Origin: an uncultured bacterium | Lineage (GTDB): Bacteria > Acidobacteriota > Aminicenantia > Aminicenantales > CALLJL01 | Length of the DNA: 64,000 bases | NCBI GenBank assembly: GCA_938092135.1 | Contig: CALLJL010000019.1 | Coordinates: 27,211-91,210 of the forward strand | Direction of reading: 5' to 3' | Shown: positions 11,929 to 22,301 of the stretch, one piece after another | How the letters are laid out: each line of letters starts with the position of its first letter | Numbering within the stretch: the first letter of the stretch is position 1 | The notes under the pieces: model-generated | The model's database searches: none | What the model saw: only the letters and a program-made list of their open reading frames with translations | What the model was told of the DNA's origin: nothing | Made by a program: the position numbers and the translations under genes

Positions 11929-12357
11929 ATGGAAGGGATGGTGGCAACCGTTTTGGAATTTCTTCGAACTCATCAGACTTTATTAAAAATCCTCAGTCTG
12001 AGCTCTCTTTTGGCCTTTCTGGTTACACCTCTTATCGTTATTTTAATCATTATCAAATTACCAGCTGATTATTTTGCTCACCCTGAAGGCCGAAAAAGTC
12101 GCGTTTTGAGTCAATATCCTCTGGCCTATCCGCTTTTTTTGGTGGTTAAAAATTTGATAGGAATTGCTCTTTTATTAGTGGGCTTTATCATGATTTTTAC
12201 CCCTGGGCAGGGTTTTTTAACCATTCTAATTGGCTTGATGCTGATTAATTTCCCAGGAAAATACCGTCTGGAGCGCCTTGTGCTCAGCCGACCAGGGATC
12301 AGAGAAAAAATCAACAAACTTCGTGAGCGCTTCCATCAGCCACCTCTTAAGCTATAA
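11929..12357 (+). CDS. Small polytopic membrane protein, possibly PGPGW-motif family (TIGR02611-like)
   Basis: 142 aa, with two TM pairs and a FTPGQGFLTILIGLMLINFPGKYRL motif. Confidence 0.4.
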   Translation: MEGMVATVLEFLRTHQTLLKILSLSSLLAFLVTPLIVILIIIKLPADYFAHPEGRKSRVLSQYPLAYPLFLVVKNLIGIALLLVGFIMIFTPGQGFLTILIGLMLINFPGKYRLERLVLSRPGIREKINKLRERFHQPPLKL

Positions 12358-12584
12358 ATTTAGCTTTTTAGTGATTTTCTAATACTTAGAGCTTTTATTA
12401 ACAAGAGATAAGGGGATAAATCATTTTTTATTTCCCAAACAAAGGACATCATAAAAAATTTAAACAAAAATAACCAAATTTGGAGAAATTTAAATCAAAT
12501 CCATTAAATTAGACAAACAGAAGAATCAATCTTTTTTCCAAATGATGGTCATCTAAATTTCTTGATTAAAATTAAATAAAATCT

Positions 12585-14252
12585 TTATCTACTAAAAAAT
12601 CGGGAAAGGGTTCGTAGCAGGCTTTTTAGGGGTAGGCCCGATTTAACCTCTTTCAAAGAGGAGGATAAAGAAATAAGGGCTTTGGCTCTTTGAAAATGGC
12701 TAACCCCATGGAGAAGTTGAATTGATCTTTTTAAAATAAGCCATTTATTTAGAGAATAGGGATACCACCAGATTCTTTCCTTCTGATTGGTTAAATCGGC
12801 GGAAATATATTTGATGTTCACAAGTTCAAGTAATCCATAGGGGCCATGGGTGCGACCAAATCCGGTTTGTTTGATTCCACCCCAGATTGCCCTGGGTTCG
12901 GTGGCTGTAAACATATGGTCGTTTATGGTTACTGTCCCGGCCTCAAGTCTTTCGGCAACAGCCTTGGCTTGACGGAAATTTTGTGTCCAAATCGAAGCAG
13001 TCAAGCCATAGGGACTATCATTAGCTAAAACAATGGCTTCCTCCAGGTCAGAAAAGGTCATCACCGGAAGAACAGGACCAAAAGTTTCCTCTTTCATTAC
13101 CTTCATCGAATGATCGACTTGGGTCAAAACCGTGGGCCAATAAAAATAGCCAGGAAGCCCTGTCCATCGCTGACCACCGAAAAGAACCGTAGCCCCTTTC
13201 TTTAAGGCTTCTCCAACATGCTCCTCAACCACCTTGAGCTGATTAGAATTTTCCAATGGTCCGATATCGACCTGGGGATCAAGGGGATTGCCAATTTTCA
13301 GCTTTTCAGTCAAGGTGACAACTCTAGTCAGGAACTTATTGGCTATCTTTGAATCAACATAAACTCTCTCAACAGAAGCACAGCTTTGACCAGAATTCAT
13401 GAATCCAGCCCAAACTGCTCCGCGTGAAGCAGCCTCAATGTCAGCATCCTCAAGAACAATCATCGGGTCTTTACCTCCAAGTTCAAGGACGAGAGAAGTC
13501 AAATTGCGGCTCGCTAGCTCCATCACGCGCTTGCCCACGGCCACACTGCCCGTAAAAATAATTGATTGGATATGGGGATTAAGAATTAATTCCTCAGCTT
13601 GAGCCACCCGGCAGGGAACAACGTTGAGGACACCTGGGGGTAAGCCAGCTTCAAGGAAAATTTCACCAATGGCCAGAGCGCAGAAAGGAGTGGAAGTTGA
13701 AGGTCGTAATACCACCGGATTACCAGCAACAAGGGAGCAAATGACATCGTTAGCTGAAAGCAAAAAGGGAAAATTCCAGGGGGAAATAATGAGAGTTGGT
13801 CCTAAGGGTTCAAAGACAAAAAGATTTTTCTTATGAGCAAAATAGGGGATATGCATAGTTCCTCTCTTTGGCTTGAGAACCTCAGGTTCATGGCGACTAT
13901 AATAATCCAAGGTTTCTAAGATAGCGAAAACTTCTACAGCCAAGGATTCTAAAAGGGGGGATCCCTTTTCCATGGTTATAAGCTTGGCTATTTCTTCAGC
14001 CCTGGCCAATAAAATTTTTTTAGCCTGTCTAAAAATTTTTCTTTTTTCTTGCGGAGGAAAATATCTCCACTCCTTTAAGACCTGTCGAGCTGATTCAACT
14101 GCCTGCCGCCCATCTTCGGATGTTGCCAGAGAGACCTGGCCTAAAGGTTCAAGGGTTGCAGGATTTTCTACTGTTATCCTGTCTTCCCTTTCAATCCTTT
14201 TGCCGGCAATAATCAGTCGACCATCAATGCTTTTCATGGACCTCTCCCCCAA
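12585..14252 (-). CDS. NAD(P)-dependent aldehyde dehydrogenase (ALDH family) with ~70-aa C-terminal extension
   Basis: 555 aa with the ALDH glutamate and cysteine signatures (LELGGKDP; FMNSGQSCASVERVYV). The ALDH fold ends near NIKYISADL; the remaining ~70 aa are Trp/Leu-rich with no homology I can recognise. Confidence 0.8.
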   Translation of the reverse strand: MGERSMKSIDGRLIIAGKRIEREDRITVENPATLEPLGQVSLATSEDGRQAVESARQVLKEWRYFPPQEKRKIFRQAKKILLARAEEIAKLITMEKGSPLLESLAVEVFAILETLDYYSRHEPEVLKPKRGTMHIPYFAHKKNLFVFEPLGPTLIISPWNFPFLLSANDVICSLVAGNPVVLRPSTSTPFCALAIGEIFLEAGLPPGVLNVVPCRVAQAEELILNPHIQSIIFTGSVAVGKRVMELASRNLTSLVLELGGKDPMIVLEDADIEAASRGAVWAGFMNSGQSCASVERVYVDSKIANKFLTRVVTLTEKLKIGNPLDPQVDIGPLENSNQLKVVEEHVGEALKKGATVLFGGQRWTGLPGYFYWPTVLTQVDHSMKVMKEETFGPVLPVMTFSDLEEAIVLANDSPYGLTASIWTQNFRQAKAVAERLEAGTVTINDHMFTATEPRAIWGGIKQTGFGRTHGPYGLLELVNIKYISADLTNQKERIWWYPYSLNKWLILKRSIQLLHGVSHFQRAKALISLSSSLKEVKSGLPLKSLLRTLSRFFSR

Positions 14253-14326
14253 TTAATTTATCCTCAAAATTTTTACAAAGATATTAATTTTGCCCAAAAT
14301 AATTAATTTTCTGATTAAATTTTTTT

Positions 14327-15610
14327 TTATATTCGACCAGTAACAAATCTCTTGATCCAGGAAAGAAAAAGGAAAAAGTAGGCATCAACAATCAAATCCA
14401 AACGAAAAAGAGGATTCCTTATTCCAGTTTTCAAGAAAAGCCACAAAACGAGACCTTTATGAGTCGGCGGACAGCCATCAATACGACGCTTCACCCTGGC
14501 TCGAACCTTACCCTCAATTTTTGTGCATTGACCAAGGAGAAGAAGCCGATCAGCCTCAATATCTCCTTTATAATGGCCAATAACTACGGTCCAATCAGGC
14601 ATTTTTCCCCAGAGATCTGGTTTTCTATCCTTAATCATGTAAAGCCAATCAAGAAAAACACCCTGACAACCTCCATAGCAATAGGGCTCCCCGTTAATAA
14701 CTTTAATTCGGGGATGAGCCTTTTCGAGGCGAATAAAACCAGTGGATAGATGACAGGTTTTCCTTTGAAGTTCCTCAAGGGTAATATCACCGCCAAGCTC
14801 AATCTCTTCGAGATTTAATGATCCGTAGCCTCTTCGTGAGGCCGCCACGAGATGACCGATCTGCTTCGGATCAAGATGGAAAAGATGACTGCAGACAACA
14901 TCATGGGCCAAGGGATTGGAAGCCATGATAATTGCCCCCAGATGATAACCGGGCTGGGTTAATTGATTTCCCCCGCAGGCAATTTCAATAGCGTCAGTGG
15001 CTATAAAGTCAGGATAGCCTACTTCAAGAAGATCAACTATTTTTTCATCGAGGTTATAGTTATGATTCCACATCCTTTCCCGATCACAGAGAAGACCAAT
15101 GTTAAGCTTTAAAGAAGCGGTTAAACCCTGGGAAAGAACATTGGTTTTGAGTTTGGGAGCATAGATGAGACAATCTCTCTCAACTATTTCCCTGGCTGTT
15201 TTTATTTTTTTATGGACTTGGCCTTTTTCAAGCCAGACTGTTTTCTTTTTTGATTCTTCTATGGCTATTAGCTTCAAAAAAGGCTTTTTCTTTAATTGAT
15301 GATAGCCAGCCCGTCGAAACATACGAGTCGTAGGCAGACCAGTGCCGCATTTTTCGGCTATAAAAATTTTAGCCTCGGGGCCGGCCATCCTCTTGATCGC
15401 TTCGATCAACCCCTCAAGAAACTCGACCCTCGTAAAAGCCGATGGTGCCACAAGATAATGGGCCATAACCACATTGGGCTTAATGGTAATCCTACCTTTA
15501 ATTTTGGGACCTACCCCGATTTCTTGAATACCCTCCTCAATTATTGACGAGATGAGGAAAGGATCATATTTTTCGGCTCGTCTTAGAATTACCTTTGGTC
15601 TATTTATCAT
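14327..15610 (-). CDS. DUF362-domain protein
   Basis: 427 aa. The N-terminal PKVILRRAEKYD...ITIKPNVV block is typical of DUF362, and the C-terminal tail is hydrophobic. Confidence 0.55.
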   Translation of the reverse strand: MINRPKVILRRAEKYDPFLISSIIEEGIQEIGVGPKIKGRITIKPNVVMAHYLVAPSAFTRVEFLEGLIEAIKRMAGPEAKIFIAEKCGTGLPTTRMFRRAGYHQLKKKPFLKLIAIEESKKKTVWLEKGQVHKKIKTAREIVERDCLIYAPKLKTNVLSQGLTASLKLNIGLLCDRERMWNHNYNLDEKIVDLLEVGYPDFIATDAIEIACGGNQLTQPGYHLGAIIMASNPLAHDVVCSHLFHLDPKQIGHLVAASRRGYGSLNLEEIELGGDITLEELQRKTCHLSTGFIRLEKAHPRIKVINGEPYCYGGCQGVFLDWLYMIKDRKPDLWGKMPDWTVVIGHYKGDIEADRLLLLGQCTKIEGKVRARVKRRIDGCPPTHKGLVLWLFLKTGIRNPLFRLDLIVDAYFFLFLSWIKRFVTGRI

Positions 15611-15784
15611 TTTTTCTGTTTTATATCACAATAATTTTATTTCAGTCAAAAGAATGGGCTGGCCTAATCGCCTTTTTGAATTTTATGGATTCATTAATTT
15701 CCCGAGAGATGTCCTTGAATGAATCTAGAATCTTAATTAATTTATTTTTATAATTTTAAACTCAGATTAAGGTTTTTTGAAAAC

Positions 15785-15813
15785 TTGACGGTCTTTAAAA
15801 TGAAAATTATCAT
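15785..15813 (+). promoter_or_regulatory. Candidate sigma70-type promoter (TTGACG-N17-TATCAT) overlapped by a Fur-box-like AATGAAAATTATCAT, upstream of the TonB-dependent receptor
   Basis: TTGACG lies at 15785-15790 and TATCAT at 15808-15813. The sequence AATGAAAATTATCAT (15799-15813) matches the 15-nt core AATGATAATCATTAT of the Fur consensus at about 12 of 15 positions. Confidence 0.35.
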
Positions 15814-15867
15814 AAAGATTTTCTTAGAATATTTTAGAACACACTGACTTCGTAATTTTTCGAGACC

Positions 15868-17871
15868 ATGAAGGAATTAAGTTATAAATTTTACAAGTTT
15901 TGGCCTTTTAAAGAGTTTAGAATGATTGAAAAAAATAAAATTAAAATATTTGCCCTTTTCATGGTCCTATTTTTCCCCTGCTTCCTGCTTGGAAGTAATT
16001 TAAATAGATCCAGCGAGCAAACTGAAGTTGAGGCAAAGAAAACAAAGGAGAAAGATCAGAAAAAAGAAATAAAGGCAATTTTAAATGAGGAAATTGTCGT
16101 TATTGGCCAAAAGCCTAAGGAAGCCCCACTCTCTTCCGTCACCCGAATTGAATCTTCCCAAATTCAGCTCAGGCGAACTTTTGATCTGGCCGAAATTATA
16201 AGGGAGGCTCCCGGAGTATCTGTTTCCTTGAACGGAAAAAACGAATTTTCCCTGCGCCTAAGAGGATTGGACTCCCAGCGTCTTACCTTGCTTATCGATG
16301 GTGTCCCCATTTATGAACCTTTTTTTGCCCAATTTGATTTAAAAAGCCTGCCAGCAGTTGGCCTTGAGGCTATTCAGATAACGACTGGGGCAGCTTCGGC
16401 TCTTTATGGTCCCAACGTTTTGGGTGGAGTTGTCAATTTAATAACCCGCAGACCTACCGATCAACTCTACTTTCGTCTGCACGCTTCGGTAGCCGAACTG
16501 AAAACCTCGGCTTTCAATCTAGAAGCAGCCAAACTCATCGGAAGAATTGGGTCAGCCACTTCGGTCAGTTATCAATGTTCCGATGGTTTTTATTACCCTG
16601 AAAACCACAGAAGAACTAAACGAACCTGGAGTGATTATGGGCGCCTCAACTTTAATTTCAAATTGATGGCCTATTTAAACTCAACGAACGAATTTTTTAC
16701 GTCGGTGGGAATTTATCGATCTTCCTTTGGCCTACCCCCAGCACTTTTTTTAGTTCGACCCCGATACTGGCGCTTTCGAAATTGGGACCGCGATTTTTTG
16801 TCCTTGGGTGGCCTTCATTCTTTTGGGCAAAAATTTAATCTATTATGGCGAAGCTTTCTCGTAAAATACAACAATTCCCTTGAACAATACCAAAGTCTCT
16901 CTTCAACTTCACCTCAGGTTGTCAGCCAATATAAAAATGATCTTTATGGTCTTTTTCTCCTCGGCGATTATTTCTCCAAAGAGAAATATAGATTGAGAGG
17001 GAGTTTGTCCTGGCGACAGGAAACAGCCCGAATTCAGGATAATATCAATCTTCCTTTCCGGCCTTTCCGCCATAAAGTCGGCTCCCTTGGTTTCGAAAAC
17101 GAACTTAGCCTTTCTCCTTTGTGGAAACTTGTCTCAGGTTTGAGCCTGGACGAGCTCCAAAAAACTCAAGGCTCTGTTCTTCTTCGTCTAAATCCTCTTG
17201 GGGGAATCATTTTTGCTCCGGACGACTATCTCAGCCTGCGCTTCTCCTTTTCTCTTAAATCTCGCTTTCCCACAATGCACTCTCTCTATGCCAGCCAGAT
17301 CGGCAACCCAGACCTGATAAGCGAAACAGGCCGGGCCATTGAAGCTGGCTTAATCTGGGATCGCTGGATATCTTTTAGGCTCACAGCCTTTACTAATCAC
17401 TTTCGTCACCTGATTGAATCTGTCCGCCTGGCTGATGGCACCCGTCGTTTTCGTAATGTCAGTCAGGCCAAAATTAATGGCCTTGAATTGGAAATTAGAA
17501 AAGAACAAAAATGGTTCATCTTCGCTCTTTCTGGCCAGTTTTTAGATCATCAAAATGAAACTGAATCGAGACCTCTTGATACTCTGCCTTCAAGGCAAAT
17601 TAATTTCCGGTTGAGTCTGAGACCCTGGCCATCTTTTGAGCTTTCTCTCTTCACTTTTGCAGCCTCCCGTTCATTCTGGTATGACCTTTCTTCTCGCCAC
17701 CTCTTGACTATTCCAGCTTATGAAAATATCGATCTTACTCTGGCTTATAGGCAAAGTTTTTTTGAGGCCTTTGTCAGAATAATAAATTTAATGAATAAGT
17801 TTTTCTATACAGAACCAGGCTTTCCTTGGCGAAGCCGGACTTTGGAAGCAGGTTTAATTTTAAATTTTTAA
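15868..17871 (+). CDS. TonB-dependent outer-membrane receptor; a likely true start is the Met at about 15922, preceding the signal peptide
   Basis: The plug domain is recognisable (VVIGQKP...RLRGLDSQRLTLLIDGVPIYEP...ALYGPNVLGGVVNLITRRP). A long beta-barrel follows, and the C-terminus ends in an aromatic residue (...LILNF). Confidence 0.75.
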   Translation: MKELSYKFYKFWPFKEFRMIEKNKIKIFALFMVLFFPCFLLGSNLNRSSEQTEVEAKKTKEKDQKKEIKAILNEEIVVIGQKPKEAPLSSVTRIESSQIQLRRTFDLAEIIREAPGVSVSLNGKNEFSLRLRGLDSQRLTLLIDGVPIYEPFFAQFDLKSLPAVGLEAIQITTGAASALYGPNVLGGVVNLITRRPTDQLYFRLHASVAELKTSAFNLEAAKLIGRIGSATSVSYQCSDGFYYPENHRRTKRTWSDYGRLNFNFKLMAYLNSTNEFFTSVGIYRSSFGLPPALFLVRPRYWRFRNWDRDFLSLGGLHSFGQKFNLLWRSFLVKYNNSLEQYQSLSSTSPQVVSQYKNDLYGLFLLGDYFSKEKYRLRGSLSWRQETARIQDNINLPFRPFRHKVGSLGFENELSLSPLWKLVSGLSLDELQKTQGSVLLRLNPLGGIIFAPDDYLSLRFSFSLKSRFPTMHSLYASQIGNPDLISETGRAIEAGLIWDRWISFRLTAFTNHFRHLIESVRLADGTRRFRNVSQAKINGLELEIRKEQKWFIFALSGQFLDHQNETESRPLDTLPSRQINFRLSLRPWPSFELSLFTFAASRSFWYDLSSRHLLTIPAYENIDLTLAYRQSFFEAFVRIINLMNKFFYTEPGFPWRSRTLEAGLILNF

Positions 17872-18413
17872 AGGCCTAGGTCGGCCGCTATGCCCTGCAT
17901 AGCCTTAAGGCAGAGAAAAATGAATTCATCCAATTCAAGGCCACAATTTCGACACATTTCAATTTCCTCTCGCCGGGCGCCGCGAGCAAAACTTTTCTCT
18001 TTATAACGACGTTTAATGAAATCAAGATCCACATTTGCCAGTTTTTTCGTCGGATGCATTAAAGTCGCCGCCACAATCAGCCCTGTCAAGGGATCAATAG
18101 AAAAAATAGCCCAATCCATAGCGCTTTCACAGGGTACCCGACCAGCATGAGCCTGAATCGCATGAAGCTGAGCCTCGCTCAATCCTTTATCCTTAAGGAT
18201 TCTGACAGTCTCGGTGGTGTGCCTATCGGGATCTTTCTGAGTTAATTCATAATCAAGGTCATGTAAAAGACCGGCTAGGCCCCATTCCTCTTCATCCTGG
18301 CCTAACCTCCGGGCAACTTCCCGCATACAGGCCTCAACTGCCAGACAATGGCGGATAAGATTGCGATTAGAAAGATAACTTTGGATAAGTTCAAGGGCCT
18401 CTTCCCTCTTCAT
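17868..18413 (-). CDS. HD-domain metal-dependent phosphohydrolase
   Basis: 181 aa, with the H...HD motif in RHCLAVEA...GLLHDLDYE. Confidence 0.7.
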   Translation of the reverse strand: MKREEALELIQSYLSNRNLIRHCLAVEACMREVARRLGQDEEEWGLAGLLHDLDYELTQKDPDRHTTETVRILKDKGLSEAQLHAIQAHAGRVPCESAMDWAIFSIDPLTGLIVAATLMHPTKKLANVDLDFIKRRYKEKSFARGARREEIEMCRNCGLELDEFIFLCLKAMQGIAADLGL

Positions 18414-18443
18414 TCTTGACTCCTTAAATTTATTTGCCTAAGT

Positions 18444-19817
18444 TCATGGTTTATCTTTAATTATTTGAAAACTTATTGTGCGTTCCCGAATTTTCTTTTT
18501 ATCCTTTACCCTTACACCTATAACATAATCACCAGGAGAAAGGGGAAGCCAGGTCCAGGTTGGTCGGGCTGACTCTTTCTGGACGATCTTTCGGCGATCT
18601 CCACTCTGAAGAAAGAATTCATAACTGGGCTTTTCAAAGCCTATAGCTTCAGCGGAGAAAATGATTTCTGTTCCCATTTTCTGGGGCGAGGGCATAGATG
18701 AAGAAAGAATTACCCTTATATCTGGCTCAAGGAAGAGAAGGAAGCCCTGGTCAGATTGGGGCTCATATATAGGAAGAATCAACCTATTGGAATCCACAAG
18801 AGGGGAAAAGCAAATTTCACCTTCGGGTTTGAATTCACCCTTTATTTGGCCATTAGTAAGATCAAAGGCTAGAATGGGGGGATTAATGGTGGCCACAATA
18901 AGATAAGGGCCAGCTGAAACAAGGCGATAGGTTTGGCGAGAGGGAATGGATCGCCACCATTGTATCTCTCCGCTTTTCTGATTAAGGCAATAAATGACAG
19001 CGTTAGAGGTAGCAACATAAAGATTTTTCCCAACGGTTAAAGGAAAATTGACAAGCCAGCCGCCGAGTTTTATTGACCAGGCCTTTTTTTTCTTTTTGAG
19101 ATGCCAACAAATCATCGCCTTATCTTGACTTCCCAAAAAAAGATAATCGCCAGAAACTAAACCATAAGGCAAAATTTTTTCTTTAAGTAAGCCTAGCTCC
19201 AGAAGCTGACCATCAGGTGAGATCAGATAGATTCGACCGCCCTGACTGACAGCCATCGCCCCCTTTTCAGAAGGAATTAAAGCTTCAATCTTCTGCCCAA
19301 TCATTGTTGACCAGATTGTTTCAGCTGTTTGGGGATTAAGGGCAACTAGAAAGCCATCTTCTTGAGAAATAATCACCCTTTCTTTGAAATTAAGAATAGG
19401 ACTGTGGCTAAGCTCAAAGGCTTTCCGCCATAAAAATTTACCCTCCTTAGAAAAGGCCAAAACATTATTCCCTTCATCCTGAATTAAGAGGATATCTCCA
19501 ACTATCAAAGGGTGGCCAATGGGTGGTGAAAAAAGGTCAAAATGCCAGGTGACTTTTCTCTCTTTCAAATTATAGCCAGTAACTTTACCGGATTCATTTA
19601 TCCAAATAAGTTGGTGCTCAGCCCCCTTGATCAGATTGACGATTCTTCCTTCAACGGGCAGGCGGTCGGCAATCCCCAAAGGAAAGCTGAGTTCAAAAAC
19701 CTCTTCTTCTGAGAGCTGAGTTTTAAAATGCAATGATTTCTCTCTGATCTCAGCGGGCTCGCCAAGAATAAGAATTAAACTAAATATTAAAATTAATTGA
19801 TTCATTTGTTTTATCAT
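18444..19817 (-). CDS. Secreted PQQ-like beta-propeller repeat protein (BamB-like) with C-terminal Ig-like extension
   Basis: A signal peptide is followed by repeated PQQ-type W-containing blades (...GKVTWHFDL..., ...GKFLWRK..., ...GEIQWWRSI...). An extra C-terminal domain of about 90 aa follows. Confidence 0.6.
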   Translation of the reverse strand: MIKQMNQLILIFSLILILGEPAEIREKSLHFKTQLSEEEVFELSFPLGIADRLPVEGRIVNLIKGAEHQLIWINESGKVTGYNLKERKVTWHFDLFSPPIGHPLIVGDILLIQDEGNNVLAFSKEGKFLWRKAFELSHSPILNFKERVIISQEDGFLVALNPQTAETIWSTMIGQKIEALIPSEKGAMAVSQGGRIYLISPDGQLLELGLLKEKILPYGLVSGDYLFLGSQDKAMICWHLKKKKKAWSIKLGGWLVNFPLTVGKNLYVATSNAVIYCLNQKSGEIQWWRSIPSRQTYRLVSAGPYLIVATINPPILAFDLTNGQIKGEFKPEGEICFSPLVDSNRLILPIYEPQSDQGFLLFLEPDIRVILSSSMPSPQKMGTEIIFSAEAIGFEKPSYEFFLQSGDRRKIVQKESARPTWTWLPLSPGDYVIGVRVKDKKKIRERTISFQIIKDKP

Positions 19818-19914
19818 AACATTAATTGACCAAGGCGCCTATAGATCTTTTCATCTCCCCACATCAGATTTTAGAGCCAGGGCCAAATTTCTTATTCAAA
19901 GCTCGTTTCCTCCT

Positions 19915-19966
19915 TAGCCAAAAAGAGGCCAATTAATTTTTTCATAAGATTGGCCTTTTTCTTTTT
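19915..19966 (-). terminator. Rho-independent terminator, bidirectional, downstream of rarA
   Basis: An 8-bp stem AGGCCAAT (19926-33) pairs with ATTGGCCT (19948-55). It is flanked by CTTTTT in the minus-strand reading and by TTTTTCTTTTT in the plus-strand reading. Confidence 0.5.
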
Positions 19967-20186
19967 CCTTTACAGAAAAAGATGAAGCTGATATCATGAT
20001 TAAAAAATGATTAATTACATTCTTTTATACAAAATCAGAAAAAGGGTCAAAAAAATAATTCAGGAAAAAATTGAAGACGGAGAATTGGCCACAACACAGA
20101 AATCATGCCTTGGCTGTCTGGCTGATGACATCAGCTGGGAAATCTATTATCTTTTAAAAGAAAAAGAAAAAGAGGAAAAATAGCTG

Positions 20187-21548
20187 TTATCCTTTTTCAT
20201 TTTCCTCATTTTTCTCGGCTTCGGTTGATTGAGTTTCCTTCATCATTTTTTCTTTAATTTTTGTCCACCATTCAAGGCGTCTCTTAATCTCTTTTTCCAT
20301 ACCCATCTCTCCAGGCTGATAATATTTTCGGCCCTTGAGACTAGGGGGCATGGTTTCCATAATTGTTGTTTTTTCCTGATAATCGTGGGCATATTGATAA
20401 CCGTGGCCATACCCTAAAGATTTCATGAGGGAAGTCACCGGATTCCGCAGATGAAAAGGGACAGGCTCATAGGGACCTTTTTGGGCATCCTCCATGGCAG
20501 CTTCAAAGGCCAAATAGACCCGATTACTTTTGGGAGCTGAAGCTAAATAAATCACGGCTTCGGCCAGAGCAAGCTCGCCTTCTGGAGTGCCTAGGAAATC
20601 ATAAACTTCCTTGGCCGCCAAGGCGATATTAAGGGCCATGGGATCAGCCAAACCGATATCTTCAGCCGCGAATCTGACCAAACGTCGAGCAATAACCAGG
20701 GGATCTTCCCCAGCGGCTAACATTCTGGCCAGCCAATAAAGAGAGGCATCAACATCGCTGTTCCGGAGACTTTTATGGAGGGCAGAAAGAAGATTGTAAT
20801 GTTCTTCGCCATTTTTATCATAAAGAAGAGTCTTTTTCTGTAGAGCCTCCTCAACTTCTTCAAGTCCAATTTGAGAACCCTGGGCTAGACTGGCCGCCAG
20901 TTCTAAGGTATTAAGAACCCGGCGGGCATCTCCATCTGATTGATCGATTATTAAGCGCCTGGCCTCAGGAGTTAAGGTCAATTTCATTCGACCAAGTCCA
21001 TTTTCTTCATCTTGAAGGGCATCATCGATTACCCGATTAAGGGCAGCTTCATCCAGAGGTTTAAGAACAAGAACCTTGGTTCTTGAAAGGAGGGGAGCAA
21101 TAATTTCAAAAGAAGGATTCTCTGTAGTTGAGCCAAAAAGAATAATATCTCCTCTTTCAACGTAAGGGAGAAAAGCCCCTTGCTGGGCTTTATTAAATCG
21201 GTGAATTTCATCGATAAAAAGAATACTTGGCTGACCATACAATTTCCTATGATTTTCAGCCTGGGCCATGACCTCTTTAACTTCTTTAATACCAGCCAAG
21301 ACTGCGCTGAAAAAAAGACAGGGAAGATTAAAATGACGAGCCAGAAGATAGCCCAGGGTAGTCTTCCCTGAGCCTGGCGGTCCCCAGAAAATTAAAGAAA
21401 CAAGGCGACCAGATTCAAGCAGCTCGGTGATAATCCTCCCCTTACCCAAAAGATGTTCCTGGCCATAGAAACGGTCGAAAGAGCGTGGTCGCATCCTTTC
21501 GGCCAGAGGAGTGTGATTCCGAGCTTCTTTTCTATTTCCCGCCATCAT
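20187..21548 (-). CDS. rarA: Replication-associated recombination protein A (AAA+ ATPase MgsA/RarA)
   Basis: 453 aa with a Walker [10 protein letters not shown] and a Walker [13 protein letters not shown]. The typical RarA C-terminal helical domain is present. Confidence 0.85.
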   Translation of the reverse strand: MMAGNRKEARNHTPLAERMRPRSFDRFYGQEHLLGKGRIITELLESGRLVSLIFWGPPGSGKTTLGYLLARHFNLPCLFFSAVLAGIKEVKEVMAQAENHRKLYGQPSILFIDEIHRFNKAQQGAFLPYVERGDIILFGSTTENPSFEIIAPLLSRTKVLVLKPLDEAALNRVIDDALQDEENGLGRMKLTLTPEARRLIIDQSDGDARRVLNTLELAASLAQGSQIGLEEVEEALQKKTLLYDKNGEEHYNLLSALHKSLRNSDVDASLYWLARMLAAGEDPLVIARRLVRFAAEDIGLADPMALNIALAAKEVYDFLGTPEGELALAEAVIYLASAPKSNRVYLAFEAAMEDAQKGPYEPVPFHLRNPVTSLMKSLGYGHGYQYAHDYQEKTTIMETMPPSLKGRKYYQPGEMGMEKEIKRRLEWWTKIKEKMMKETQSTEAEKNEENEKG

Positions 21549-21688
21549 TTTTATTATATTCTTTTTCCGCTTAAAGGGTCTAATTGCCTTGAACTTAAGT
21601 CAACAAAAAATTTATTAAGAGGCCTCCTTTAATTAAACTACTAATACTTCTTTAGCTTTCAGATCAAGATTTTTTCACCAGTCTTGCC

Positions 21689-21718
21689 TTGACGTCAGAC
21701 CAGAGGAAATGATAATTT
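21689..21718 (+). promoter_or_regulatory. Candidate promoter TTGACG-N18-TAATTT, containing the palindrome TTGACGTCA, upstream of the MerR-like gene
   Basis: The -35 is at 21689-94 and the -10 at 21713-18, with 18-nt spacing. The palindrome TGACGTCA overlaps the -35. Confidence 0.35.
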
Positions 21719-21741
21719 AAGCCTGAAATTTAGAAAAAAAG

Positions 21742-22107
21742 ATGATAGCCACCAGGCGAAGGGAAAAGATGGTTTATAAAATTGAAGAAGTTTGTCGCCT
21801 GGTTCAACTGCCCCCGGAAACAATCAATCGCTGGGCCGAGGAATTTCCTTTTCTTCATGTCGGTTTAACCTCGAAGGGCCATAAAGTTTTGCGGCGGCAG
21901 GATGTGGAAATTATTAAAAGATTAAAAGAACTTCTGCTTAAAGAAAGGCTTACCCTAGCCGGGGCCAAAAGGAAAATCGAAGAGGAATTTGGTCTTAAGA
22001 GTCAAAGAGAGGTTCATCCCGATAAATTGAGAAAAATCCTCATTGAAGTTAAAGATAGGCTTGAAGAAATAAAAGAAAGCCTTGAAAAAATTCCCAGGAA
22101 AAGATAA
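21742..22107 (+). CDS. MerR-family (HTH_17/excisionase-like) small DNA-binding protein; the true start may be the Met at 21769
   Basis: YKIEEVCRLVQLPPETINRWAEE...HKVLRRQDVEIIKRLKELL fits the MerR N-terminal wing-HTH pattern. The protein is only about 110 aa, so no effector domain is present. Confidence 0.55.
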   Translation: MIATRRREKMVYKIEEVCRLVQLPPETINRWAEEFPFLHVGLTSKGHKVLRRQDVEIIKRLKELLLKERLTLAGAKRKIEEEFGLKSQREVHPDKLRKILIEVKDRLEEIKESLEKIPRKR

Positions 22108-22120
22108 ATTTATAAAAAGA

Positions 22121-22194
22121 CGGGACGTGGCGCAGCCTGGTAGCGCACATGCTTGGGGTGCATGGGGTCGGCGGTTCAAATCCGCCCGTCCCGA
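22121..22194 (+). tRNA. proL: tRNA-Pro (anticodon GGG)
   Basis: Manual cloverleaf: the acceptor CGGGACG pairs with CGTCCCG. The D-stem is GCGC/GCGC. The anticodon stem CATGC/GCATG carries the loop TTGGGGT, and the T-arm is GGCGG-TTCAAAT-CCGCC. The discriminator is A, and no CCA is encoded. Confidence 0.85.
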
Positions 22195-22301
22195 CATTTT
22201 TTTATGAGAAAAAATTAGATTTTTTTAATAAAGGATAATTAACGATTTAATTAGCCCGCGATTAGAACAAAATAAACGCCGTTATCTAATACAAAAGAAG
22301 T

